64,000 bases of DNA from the NCBI GenBank assembly GCA_030141605.1, contig JAQGDQ010000150.1, positions 294,627-358,626 of the forward strand, written 5' to 3'. The DNA is from Tubiluchus corallicola (Eukaryota; Animalia; Priapulida). The notes under the pieces were generated by a model. It was not told where the DNA came from. It did no database searches and worked only from the letters and a program-made list of their open reading frames with translations. Positions 24,001 through 35,800 of the stretch are shown here, piece by piece. The first letter of the stretch is position 1. Every line of letters begins with the position of its first letter. Position numbers and translations under genes: made by a program.

Positions 24001-25786
24001 TGTTAGAGATGGGAATGGAACCGCCCTAAAGAAGAAAAAGGGGTCCCTAAACCACGCAGTATCGTACAAACACCCCTACTCACGCTTGCAAGTTTATCTG
24101 ACAAGGTATGTCAATCAGGCTTTCTCTGCATACCAAAGATTATGAAAAATAAAATATGTTTATACATGAAAACTATACACCACAGTGTAGGTTATAGTGT
24201 ATATATATAATTGGGATTAAAAGCTGAGTAGCATTGACTAAGCAGCAGCACTTACATGACAAAACAGATTATTAAATGAATCGCTCATCAGCCCGTATAC
24301 CACACTACAGAGAAATTTCTGATGAACAGGTTAAATGATATTACTATTCATTTTCCCTGTTAGGCTGAAAAACTTGGCGCCTTTAAACTTCAGAAGAATG
24401 TTATTGAAAATATTAACTTTGGAAAAACTAATCGCTCATCCTTAAATAATGGTTCAAAGAATCAAAACTGATATTATTAATTATTATTTTAATATTTCTT
24501 ATTATTAAATCGAAAGGAAACTGACGATTATAGTCAATGCAGCTCAGTTTCTGTTGCTGCATTTGGCCACCCTGTGTCGTACATAGCATGGACCTAGTAC
24601 CGTACAGTGCAATAATTGGGCTAGTACGCAAAACGACGCCCAACATCGAATTTTATATTGCATTAAATCATTAAGTATGTAGTTTCATTTTAGAATTCTG
24701 CCAGCCCAGTGGCGGCTACAATAGATGTAATAGGCTTTCAATGATGATGACAAATAGTTTTTTTTACTGTATTCTGGTATGTATATATCAATATTTCGGT
24801 ATTTTCCTTGCTGACAAGCCACTAGCACGCACAACAGTGGGTAGTTTTTGCTAGATTTGAGAGAGGATTTCTTTTGTTTTAGAATTCTGCTTGCCCAACG
24901 TCTCTTTTACGTAGTGCGCATATTATGAGGGCATTGTGTGACGATGATATTTTGGTCATTTTTCCATTTTTGATGATAGCCGCAGAACTGAATGCTTTAA
25001 ATTTTGCATTAACGTTATCTATTGTAACGACACTAACATTCCAGTTAATGACTCGACAAAAACAAATTCTTGAGATGTTTTGGCAAAGTATTATGGTAAT
25101 TTCTAGCCAAATCTTGCATAAATGTCTGATGTCAAATCCTCAGTTAATGTCTTATAAACGGTCTCTCAAAACCCAATGCTCATCCAGCCTTTTTTAATGC
25201 ATTTATACTAGGTTCAAATACCATATTTTCGTCCGAGTCGCGCTTATATGATAATCAGTCAAGTTAGTCAGGGTTCTTGTGGCGTATCTCTAAATTTGAC
25301 CAATACTGTCAAGTAAACTAACCAAACGGGATGACAAACTGAGCTGGAGAATTCAAGATATTGCCTCACTAATGCCTTATATAACTGAAGAAGGATATGA
25401 TAGTCCATGTTGACAAAGCTTCTCAGTGTTATTTCCACCATTAACTGCTTTGGCTTTGCTGATTTTTTCTTGAACGTGCTCCCTGAAAGTCAACAGTCTA
25501 TCGAATATTAGCCCCCATCCTTTCGCATGCAACCCATGGAATAAAGTTACAATCACTTCTCCATTAATGCAGTTTTCCTAATATCCATCTGACAGCAGGA
25601 CTTGAGGTTAAGTAACTTCATACAGTGGTTACTAGTATGAAAATTCAGACTGCTTTGACCATGCGGCCAGTGTGTCGCCTGATATCATAAGGCTTTACCT
25701 TCGAATCCTATGGCTAACTCACAATTTTTCAGGGCCTTCCTCTTCCCAAATTTGACTGTTGATTATTTGTGTATTATAGCCTGGTG

Positions 25787-26848
25787 GAATGTAGGTAAAA
25801 ATGACACAGGAAAGAATAGGTCAGGAAAAAATGGCACGGTAAAAATGGCACAGGAAAAAATAGCACAAATGGAAAAGTAGGTAAAAATGATACAAATGGG
25901 GGAAATAGTACAGTAAAAATGGCACAGCAAAAAAATAGCACTGGAAAAAATGGCAGAAATCGAAAAGTAGGTAAAAATGGCACACTTAGTAAAATATGAT
26001 TAATGGGGGATAATTATTTTAGTTATTTTTACCTTTGCCAAGGAAGTTATGCTTCAACACAGTTTTTTTTTGTTACAAGAGTAAGCCTATTATTGCAAAA
26101 ACTATCTAACAGATTTCCAAGAAACTTTGCAAAGAAAGGCAGGTATAAGGTGCCAAATTGGGAATCTTTTCCTCGTTTTTTTTTTGCAAAACTTGACCAA
26201 ACACCACGTGAAAAAAATTCTGTGAAGCATTTCGTGGCGGTCTCAGAGGGAGTGTTTAGTACTTATTTTTTGTTATCTCCACCTGAATAAGCAACTATGA
26301 GTTAGTTCCGCTTCGACAAATTCTCGCTTGTAAAACTGTGTAACGTGCATATAGCCTTATAAGGTTGACCTGGTATGTGAACGCATGTATATTTCTCAGT
26401 CTATTACCATTGACAAAATTAATGGTTAAAAGGTAGATAAACTCTACGTGGAACATTTGTGCATTATTGATTATAAATCTATTTAATGAACAAATATTTT
26501 GTGAGACATTTGCTAGTCTATATAATACCAGTACAGGCACATTTTTGTATGTTCGCTTGTTAATCTTTACGTTAATATTTTTTTAATGAAAAGAATCAGA
26601 CGTATATAATTAGGATTACTTGGCTATGGCAGAGATCTACTTCCTACTGAGCGCATTCTAGTTTTATTATAAAGTAATTTGCATAAATATAAGATATTTG
26701 CCTTTATTTTGACGTTTCCATTTGTGTCATTTTTTCTTGGGTCATTTTTACCTACTTTTCCATTTGTGCCATTTTTACCGTGCTGTTTCCTGTGCCATTT
26801 TTACCTACTTTTTCATTTGTGCCATGTTTCCTGCGCCATTTTTACCGC
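25787..26848 (+). mobile_element. Composite repeat, copy 2 (tandem-repeat TIRs plus HINE-like insert 26026-26666)
   Basis: Left GGTAAAAATGGCACA arrays, right TGTGCCATTTTTACC arrays; insert has subterminal IRs CTTTGCCAAG / CTTGGCTATGGCAGAG and terminal ACTGAGCGCATTCTAGT. Confidence 0.65.
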
Positions 26849-26980
26849 AGGCCGGTGCTATGTGGCTGTTGCTTTCTCTCTTACGCTGAACCAATAACAG
26901 CTCCTACTTCTTTCTTACTTTTTACTATGAATAAATGACATGCTGACTAGTATGAGAATTTTGACTTGCTTTGACCATGT

Positions 26981-27057
26981 GGGTTGATAGCTTAAATGGT
27001 CAGAGTATATGTGGCCTAGTACCAAAAGGTTGTGGATTCAAATCATGGTCGACTCCA
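26981..27057 (+). pseudogene. tRNA-like sequence (Thr-AGT-like pseudogene or SINE head)
   Basis: Acceptor stem GGGTTGA/TCGACTC, D-arm TAGCTTAAATGGTCAGAGT, degenerate T-arm GGATTCAAAT, CCA then oligo-T. Confidence 0.45.
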
Positions 27058-27615
27058 TTTTTTTTCAAGGTCTTCCTTCTAAGTTTGACAGATGATTTTA
27101 TATTAGAAAGTCTTAAAAATAAGGCAGATGAAATAATTTCCCCCACATTGTTGATAAATGGTAATTTTATATGTCTAACTGAATTACCTAAGGCTTGTAC
27201 CAGTAACTTGAATAATTAATACTGATGGCAGTTGTAATTTTGTAAATTCATAAGGAAATTTCCAACAGTCTACTGTAAAACCTACTACAACTACTACTAG
27301 AACTCAAAGCTGCTAACTTCAGCTTTAATAGATTCAGTGTTACTAGCACCTTGTTACTGTTTGAAAAAATTGATAAACGTTCAGGGTGGTTAATCTAAAC
27401 ACGTTCATTTACGCATATGAACGTGACAATCCTAGTTGTTGACCACCCCACCCCCAATTTTTTTGCTTTACAGTCTTTATTTGTTTATTTTTACTGTTGC
27501 GGTAATGACTGAAATAAAATTCACAATTAATTCATTATATTTTGTTTTTTAAAGTACTGCTGTTAGGCAAACCAAGGCTTATTACAGAAATGATGCATTT
27601 CATAAAGTAACAATC

Positions 27616-28392
27616 ATGCAAATGAATAAAGGATATCAACTTGTTTCTGGCAATGATGAGTTCAACCAACGATCTGGCAACGTGTTTAGCAGTTTAGAAC
27701 ACTTAGAAGATAATCATCGTCGCCATGAATCCTCCAGAAAGGACACAAACGATGTAACAGTGATGAAACCAGACCCAGAGTTTGTCATGTTAGATCACTG
27801 TAAAGGTAGGAAAAGATTGCGAGACGAATGCGAGGAAACATGTTTTAGTAAAGGCGTTGCTCATATAGATAGAAGTAACTTTAAGAAACCATTTTGTAAA
27901 CCACCCAAGGTTATGCCTGACTACATAAAACACCCAGACAAGTGGACAGCTTATACACTTGGTGATGTCCATGACAGAGACATGTCAGAATCTAGTAACA
28001 CATCAGTTGCATTAAGGTTCTTAAATGAACGTCGAAAGCTGGCCAATCCCGACACACATACAAAGTGTGAATTAATTGGTGGACACAAATTTAAAACTCC
28101 TGTCAAGCAAATAGACACGGGTGCAACAACTAAGCATGGAGGAAACAAGTTTATAATGGATGAATGTGTTGTGGGGCAAAAATCACAAGAAAAGCAAAAA
28201 TTGCGTGAACATCGCAACCTCCTTGGAGCTACAAGTGATGTCATTAAGTTGACATTTGAAGAACCTGTTGAAGAAACCCTTGAGAAAGACGGCATATTAC
28301 CTTTGACAGCAGTTACTAGTGGAGAAGCAAGTAAATTCAAATCTGCAAAGAAAAAAGACAGACAAATAAGAACCAGGGTTTCTGATGATTAA
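27616..28392 (+). CDS. TSSC4: U5 snRNP chaperone TSSC4
   Basis: FNQRSGNVFSSL N-terminal motif and PDYIKHPDKWTAYTLGDV..MSESSNTSVALRFL core motif of TSSC4; single coding exon. Confidence 0.85.
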   Translation: MQMNKGYQLVSGNDEFNQRSGNVFSSLEHLEDNHRRHESSRKDTNDVTVMKPDPEFVMLDHCKGRKRLRDECEETCFSKGVAHIDRSNFKKPFCKPPKVMPDYIKHPDKWTAYTLGDVHDRDMSESSNTSVALRFLNERRKLANPDTHTKCELIGGHKFKTPVKQIDTGATTKHGGNKFIMDECVVGQKSQEKQKLREHRNLLGATSDVIKLTFEEPVEETLEKDGILPLTAVTSGEASKFKSAKKKDRQIRTRVSDD

Positions 28393-29432
28393 GTGTTTTA
28401 GGATTTCTACAGCTAAAGTTTGTTAACATTTTCTCACGACAAGGACTAGGATTGCAGAACAGTTAAAGTTAATGTAGAGATTCTATTGCGAGTGGAAATG
28501 TAAACCACACATGTACAAAATATGTATGTAGTTACAGTAGCAGAATTAAATGTATCAGATAGTCTGTATTTTTTTAGTAAGAATTAAAGGGTTTTATTTG
28601 GAATGACATGTCTTCTTTTTCTCATTATAATTAACACAAAGATAATTAAGAATATTTACAGGAGTATACTGTATAAAAACTAAATATGGTTATATAAAAT
28701 AAGTGGTACTGGATCAATTATCTTGTTACTTATGCATTACTAACTACAAGATACTAACGCACACGAATAATAAGTTCATTGCATATTCTTTATGTCGATG
28801 CACAACTCTTGGCAATTATGCTTGAACTTATTTAAAATCAGAAATGTTTGGATGGTTAAGACAAGACAATAACATTATGGTAAGCCATGTCATTTTAGTA
28901 GGTCAAAAATTGCACTTTAAGTTAATCATACATGACATGTCAACAAACAACATAAGACTGCAGGTATTAACAATTGGATGAATAACCAAGCACCTAGAAA
29001 TTCTTGCTTCTGCATTACTCCAGTCCAGAACCTGAAATTGATACTGAGATGAAGCAAATGCATCAATGTCAAAATTCCAGAACTTACAAAATCTTTAGCA
29101 ATGTAATCCCTGACCACAGCAAGTTCAAAGATATCCTGACAAACATAACAAGTACAAGTAAATGTTGTTGCTCTCATTTCGAAAAGGCCATAGTTTTAGC
29201 CAACCATGTTGCCAAAAAAACTGTTGCAGATGAGATTTGGAGTAGTAATACTCTGACACAGTAGTAAATAAACTATTAATATTAAAAATAAATTGCCCCA
29301 TTATTATTAATTTACTTTAATATGTTTAGAGTACAGCAACGAACATCCTCATTTTCTTAAGCAACTCGTAATAAAAGCAATATGAAAGGAGGGTAGCCAA
29401 ATACGGTGAAGACACAACACCTTTACATAAAG

Positions 29433-29775
29433 CACTCAAATAGAATCTTTGATAATTTATGATGAATTAATAGGTTTTCACAATAGAATCTTTATACATT
29501 TAATAGTACGGTAAACTAAAAAAGTAAAACAAGCCTGAAGGACGTGAAACATTCAATGCAATAAACAATGATGGCATTAAGGCTAGAGAATAGGTGAAGT
29601 CATAACACTTTTATATAAAACAACTCAAACAGAATCTTTGATAATGATGAATTAATAGCTTTTCATAATAGAATTTTTATACATGTAATGATAGTATGCT
29701 AAACTAAAATATAAGCCTAAAGGACGTAAAACATTCAATGCAATAAACAATGATGGCATTGAGGCTAGAGAATAG
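29433..29775. repeat. Imperfect ~190-bp tandem duplication downstream of the WDR76 stop
   Basis: ACTCAAA(T/C)AGAATCTTTGATAAT...GGCTAGAGAATAG occurs at ~29433 and ~29623. Confidence 0.8.
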
Positions 29776-29888
29776 TTTACCTAAAACTAAACTGGGAAAC
29801 AACTTATGTAAAATTTAAAACTTTATAAAGAAACTAGATGCATTATCAACAGATAAGTTTTGTTAACACCAAGTGCCAACGGGATGTG

Positions 29889-32800
29889 TCACATAAATAC
29901 ATGCACTCGTCCACTAGAATTGCCTCCAACCAAGATGTTTTTTGTTGGGTGAAAAGCATTGATAGAACATACTGACTTCAAATATTCTTGATCTTCGAAA
30001 GTCTTTACCAGATGACCAGTAGCATTAAACACTTCAATCTACAAAAACAGGCACGTTACAAAAGCTGCTATCTAATTATCACCATTATTATTGTTATTGT
30101 TGTTATTATTATTATTATTATTATTGTTGATGCTGCTGTTGTTGTTGTTGTTATTATAATGATTATGGTGATGATCATCATCATTACATTACACTTGTGA
30201 TACGTAACAGGCATGTGCAATTATGAACTGCACATTGAAAAACAAATTCTTACTATGTAGAATGATTAAAGATTTACAATGCAAGTGAGTTTTCTTTTGT
30301 CTAAAATTCATAGGTGTTATAAGTGATTCATAACTACAAACAGAATGAAGATGCAGATTCATACATTTATCCTGCAGCTAAGAAGGATCTCTCTGCAAAA
30401 GTATTGCACTGTAAAAATGGTTCATTTACAAAATTTTTTAATGAAAATTAAACTTCTGTAATTCTATATCAGTACTGCTTTAGAGACACTAGGCTAAAAA
30501 ATAGATAGCTAAGTTTGTAGATATATAAAGGAGATTTTAGACTATGACTAGCAGTTTAAAGTTAATGCTATATCGTATAAACCTATGCCAAATTTTCAGT
30601 ACTACAGAGGATGAGATTTCATTTTATTGATCACACTGCATACTTCTCCCTGTTGCATGCCATACAGCTGTCTCAATTATCTATGTTTGTAAACATAACT
30701 TAAAGGACAAGAAAAGGGGTACCTGAAGTAGCCTTCAGAAAAATCGCCTTAAAAATTATGTTACTTTACAGCATTTTTATGCATATATCGTACTCGCGTT
30801 GAAAGGATTTTTTGTTTGTTTTCATTTTAAATCTCCTGCAACACTATTCCGAAGTCGCCATTACATGACGTCACCTACGCAAACGTAAATCGGGGGAAGA
30901 AAAGGCAATGTTAAACTATGTCCTAACGAACTTTCCATGCAAAGTTATATTATTTAGCATTTCGCTTACCTGAAAGACTTATGTAACTAGAAAAGAAAAC
31001 TATTAATTATTTAAAATGCTTTTACCAATTGTTAAAATGTCGCTGACTCACCTCCAGGGTGTACCACTCACTAACCAAAAACGTATTTTTAATCTTATTG
31101 ACAAGATACAGTAATATGTAAATTTTATTTAGTTAGTGACGTGTGCGTTACATATACCCTGATTATTTTTTCAAACTTTACACAATGTTATTTTAACTTG
31201 TTTCAAATGACTTATCGTCAAAATGGCTGCGTCAAATGGTCATCGCGGGAGTTTAAATTTACATGTTTTATACAGCGCTGCTGCCAACGCAAGTCTAATA
31301 TGCAAAAAGGCAGTATGTAAGTGGAGGGGTTTCTTGTGCTCTAACACTAAGCAAAAGAAGATTTGCTTAGTAATATATCAATTATGCAAATAAATACAAG
31401 GCATTCAGTTATTAGATGAAACATGGTATAGAGGTGATTATAAAGCACTAAAAGGTATTTTCAGCAGCTAACTAAAATAGCTTAGTATAGGATTTTATCA
31501 CCAATCACTGATCACAGAGGAAGCACCTACAGGTTGCTTTTAGTAGAAGCCTTTAAAATTGATGGACGTTGCTACTTTGTATCACAGTTTAATTTTCAAA
31601 GCAGATTAGAAGAAATGCAGCAGAAATGAAGAAATGATTGACATTAGAAAACTTATTCTTACCCTTCGTGGATGTTCCATGCTGCCAACTACAAATAAGT
31701 CATCTAGTTTTGGATGCCAAACTGCCCGAAAAGCTGTCAACCATCGTCCCGTGTAGTTGTTATGGCTACAAACGAGATAGTAAACTTACCATACAACAAG
31801 GTGAAAGTTACACACACTAGAGCAGGGACTTTCGTTATTGCTTCAAGCTATGCCATTTAAACAGCTCATATTTGTATAATTTTTATTAAGAAATCTACAG
31901 AAAAAAGCAAACATATTGTTACCTGATTGTATGCAGCAAAGCACATTCAGTCAAATGTGAGCTATCATAAATCCTAAAAAAAAGCATTCACATTCCATAA
32001 AATGCTTAATTGCATAATGTACAGTTTGCATACTCATGTTACAGAAAGTAAGTTTACTTTATCATAGTGCTAGCTTCTGCTAGACATGCATAATTTATAC
32101 TAAAATTAAAGTTTTGTTTTGGCCTTATGGCACTGCTATTGCTTTAATTACAGGCTATCATTCAGAAGAAAAATTTTTCCTGCAAACACGTTTAACAGGA
32201 TAAATTTTTATCGATACATATACGTATATCGAGTTTTTGTTTCTCTGCCCATTTTTCAATGTATACCAAGGTACTGCAAATTTGCTAATTTTCCTCACTG
32301 TAAACAAACTTACTACTACAACACAAACTTTGCTCATCAATGAAAAAGAAATAAGCTTTCTCAACAGGCATTTGCTCCTATAAAGTGTGAAATGAAGCCA
32401 TATTAGTTTTCTCTAATCAAATTTAAGTATAGGGAGCCACAATTTGTTAATCAATAAGAACAATAAGACACTAGTATTTTACAAGGGCACCAATTATGGC
32501 TTGTCAGTTATGTATACAAACTAATAGCAGCAACAGTTATTGTTATTATAAATATCTCACTTTGTACGCTGTTATTAATAGTTCAAAAAAGTCACAACAA
32601 GCAAGTTGTCGCTTCTATAGTAAATAAGTTAAATGAGCATTAACAATAATATCTAAAGTATGCACAGTTTATAAATCACAATTCAGAGAACTATATCTTG
32701 GTCAATAATTGCTTAATGAAAAATTCATTATTTCAATATTATACAATACCTAAGTTTGTTCTCCAATGAGGTGGTAAGAATTCTATTGCCAGTTACACTA

Positions 32801-35800
32801 GAAAAATATGCTGAGCTTACAGACTTTGGGTGAGACATTTCAGCCAAACAATCAGGTTTCTTTTTTGCTTGTCTAAGATCCCAAACTCGCACATTTCTAC
32901 AAAAACAAAATATTATACTTCTAGTAAATAGAAATAAAACAAAAATGAAATAAACTTTTTTTTACTAAGCGACAAAATGATTGCTAGGCGAGCTTGAACA
33001 CAAAGTAGGGAAAGCAAAATTTCCATGCCCACTTTCATATTAGCTGCATTTTGCATAACATGACGGCTTATATTAACTATTAACTATACTTCAAGTTTGC
33101 CCCTGATGACTGACAACATGCACTGATCTAATCTTTTCAGCTCAATGCCTATAATTCCTTTGAGTTTTCAATAAAATATTATCCAATTCCTAGCTGTAAC
33201 GATACCTGTTGGTCTCTAATAACTTTTATTTTACCAAGATACTGTTCCCTTAATCTTATTCAGCTTCAATACAAATCGAGGTTGAGAGACCTATTCTAAA
33301 CAAAAATGCTAGCCTCTATCATGATTTCAGTTAGTAATGGTAATCTAAATAAAACAAACTAATTAATGGAGTCAACAGGCGAGGGAAACTCAAGTATATC
33401 AGTGTCATTTCAACTGTGCAAGTAAGCAGCAAATTATCAAATACATATTACATGATCAAAAAAAAATTAAAAAAAGATTTAAGCAAATTCAATGTAGTCA
33501 AGTATTTATGAGTTACGTGATAACTAGAATAACAGTAGATCAGCACAATGATATTTTGCCAATTTTCTTAATCGATTAATCGTGTGTAGCTAATATTAAC
33601 AGTTCAATCTTTTTGTAATCTTAGCAGTATGATTGTGATACGTGTAGTGCCACACCCCTGCACCGAAGTAAAATTTTTCATCAAAAACACCTCATTGTAT
33701 ATGAAATATGTTTTAATTATTAATTTCATACAATGCTTTTATTGATTTATTTATGCAACGATTTTATACAATCTTAAACTTCTTGTGTAAAAAACATCTT
33801 TCAATTATTAATTTTATACAATACTTTCATTGATTTATTTTTGCAACGATTTTATACAATATTAAACTTCTTATGTGTAGGTCAATGTCTATATATCTGT
33901 GTATGTGCGTGTATGCATGTGTGTACATGTGTGTGTGTGTGCGTGCGTGCGTTTGTGTCTTTAGTAGCGATATTTTGTTTAGTTAATATGTTTTAGTAGT
34001 TCAGAATGGCCATTGGCCTAATGTCAGTTAACACTCTAGTGGTTAACTATAAAATGACTGACTGCTATATTGCCATATTATTTGTCCCAGTATACATTGT
34101 ATATTCAATTGCTTGTTAATTACATGCATTTTAATGGCAATAAAGAATTTATCTATCTATCTATCAATACGTCATATGTTGAGGGTATTCAAGTTTTTTC
34201 ACAATTATTGATTGTTAAAGATTATTGATTACTGATTCTGATAGCAACTGAAAGTGAGATAAGCTTGAAAATGTGCTCTTCCAGACAAAATCATTAAAAT
34301 TAGTGATGACAATTTCATTTGTGTTCATAAGTAGTTACCAATTAACAGGTGATGAAAGAAGCTTAGAAACTATCAAGTCGTAAGAAAAGAAGTTTCAGAG
34401 CGGCATGTACCACAAATATTTTGGCAATTAAGTTTAACACAGATTTGCCAAATTTGGGAAACATGGCTATTTTTTACAAAATGCGGCTACAAATCACCAT
34501 AGTGAGATGTAAGATACATCAGAAAATTCTAAAAACACTAAAAAATTTTTTAAAAATGTATCAGCTAATATAGTAGTAGCATTACATAACCTTATATTAA
34601 AATAGGTAAGCAGGACACATTACATAACCTTACATGAAAATAAGTAAGTATGACACAATGCTTACTCTCTGTAATTTAACAATGTGTTGTAAAAAAAAAT
34701 AAATCAACGATATCGTCTCGTCACTCTAAATTTCCACATAGAGTTATCATAGACTATATAACTTACCCGTCAACAGAGCTTGTCATCACATGATGCTCAT
34801 TTTTCGGATGAGCACTTATACACTTCAGGTTACGATCGTGTGCCGAATATATACATTCTGCTTTGTGACTAAGCAAAATAAACAACCCATTTATAACCTG
34901 ACAAAATTTGGCAATAGCTACTGAACAATCATTTGTTGGCAGGAGGGGACAACTGAATGGTTACAGTATGAGCTTGCCTGCAATGAAGAACAATACTATG
35001 CCTGGTTAAGAAATGTATGGGTGATTGTCAAGAAAACTGCTTCCTGCATCTAGCTTATATTATATGGCAAAGCTAGATTCGAAACGGCAATACAAATAGA
35101 TTTTAAACAAATAAAGCCGCTACAGCAGCTGAAAATGATTTTGCTCATTTTTAAAAAACTTTTTTTCTATGCTACTATAGTACTTGTTCATACAAATTAC
35201 AAACCATTTGAAATACAGTAGGAGAGACTACTAAAAAAGTTTAATCAGACAGGACAATGGACTAAAATTCCCTCGTAAAAGAATTTCATAACTGACAGAA
35301 ATATTATAGTCCTGATAGCTTGCCATGCGACTATATATTAACGAACGCATATATCTTTTCCGAGTAATGATGCCCTTCTTGCACAAAATTGTGATGTTAG
35401 CAACGTAGTCTCAATTAGGGTTGTCCAAAAAGCATCTGAACACCAAACTTTAGGATGTTACTACAAGAATGTCTCTATATTAATGCCATTCTCGTTGGCA
35501 CATGCTAGATTTGAACCGTGTTGCTTATTCATGCTCCAAACTAACTATTTTAAAAAGGCAAAAATATGAAAGAAAGCAAACACGCTTATATATTTGACTA
35601 AAATGTATGCAGTTAATATTTCAATATTTTTTACATAAAATTCAGCAAGAAGATTAAAATATGTTATGTAATGTTGGCAAATTGCTGTACAACATTAATG
35701 TTGCATAAGAATTGAAAAAATGGGAAAGGCAATTTTTTTAGCTGCCAACCTGTCCCCATTTCCGGCAAGAAAAATAGCTAAATATGCGTTCTGATTAACA

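Larger units (their letters stand above)
18231..24076. mobile_element. Decayed Polinton/Maverick/adintovirus-like endogenous viral element (boundaries approximate)
   Basis: Intronless, GC-richer cluster with packaging ATPase, Polinton-type ORF relics, PC4-like and TBP-like ORFs and telomere-like arrays; no pPolB, integrase or capsid gene seen. Confidence 0.75.

Noticed and set aside
25774-26897. Hydrophobic Phe/Pro-rich ORFs (25774-25983, 26679-26897)
   Set aside because: Translations of the TGTGCCATTTTTACC tandem arrays.
29988-30200. Poly-Ile/Val transmembrane-like ORF
   Set aside because: Microsatellite translation overlapping the last WDR76 exon/intron on the opposite strand.
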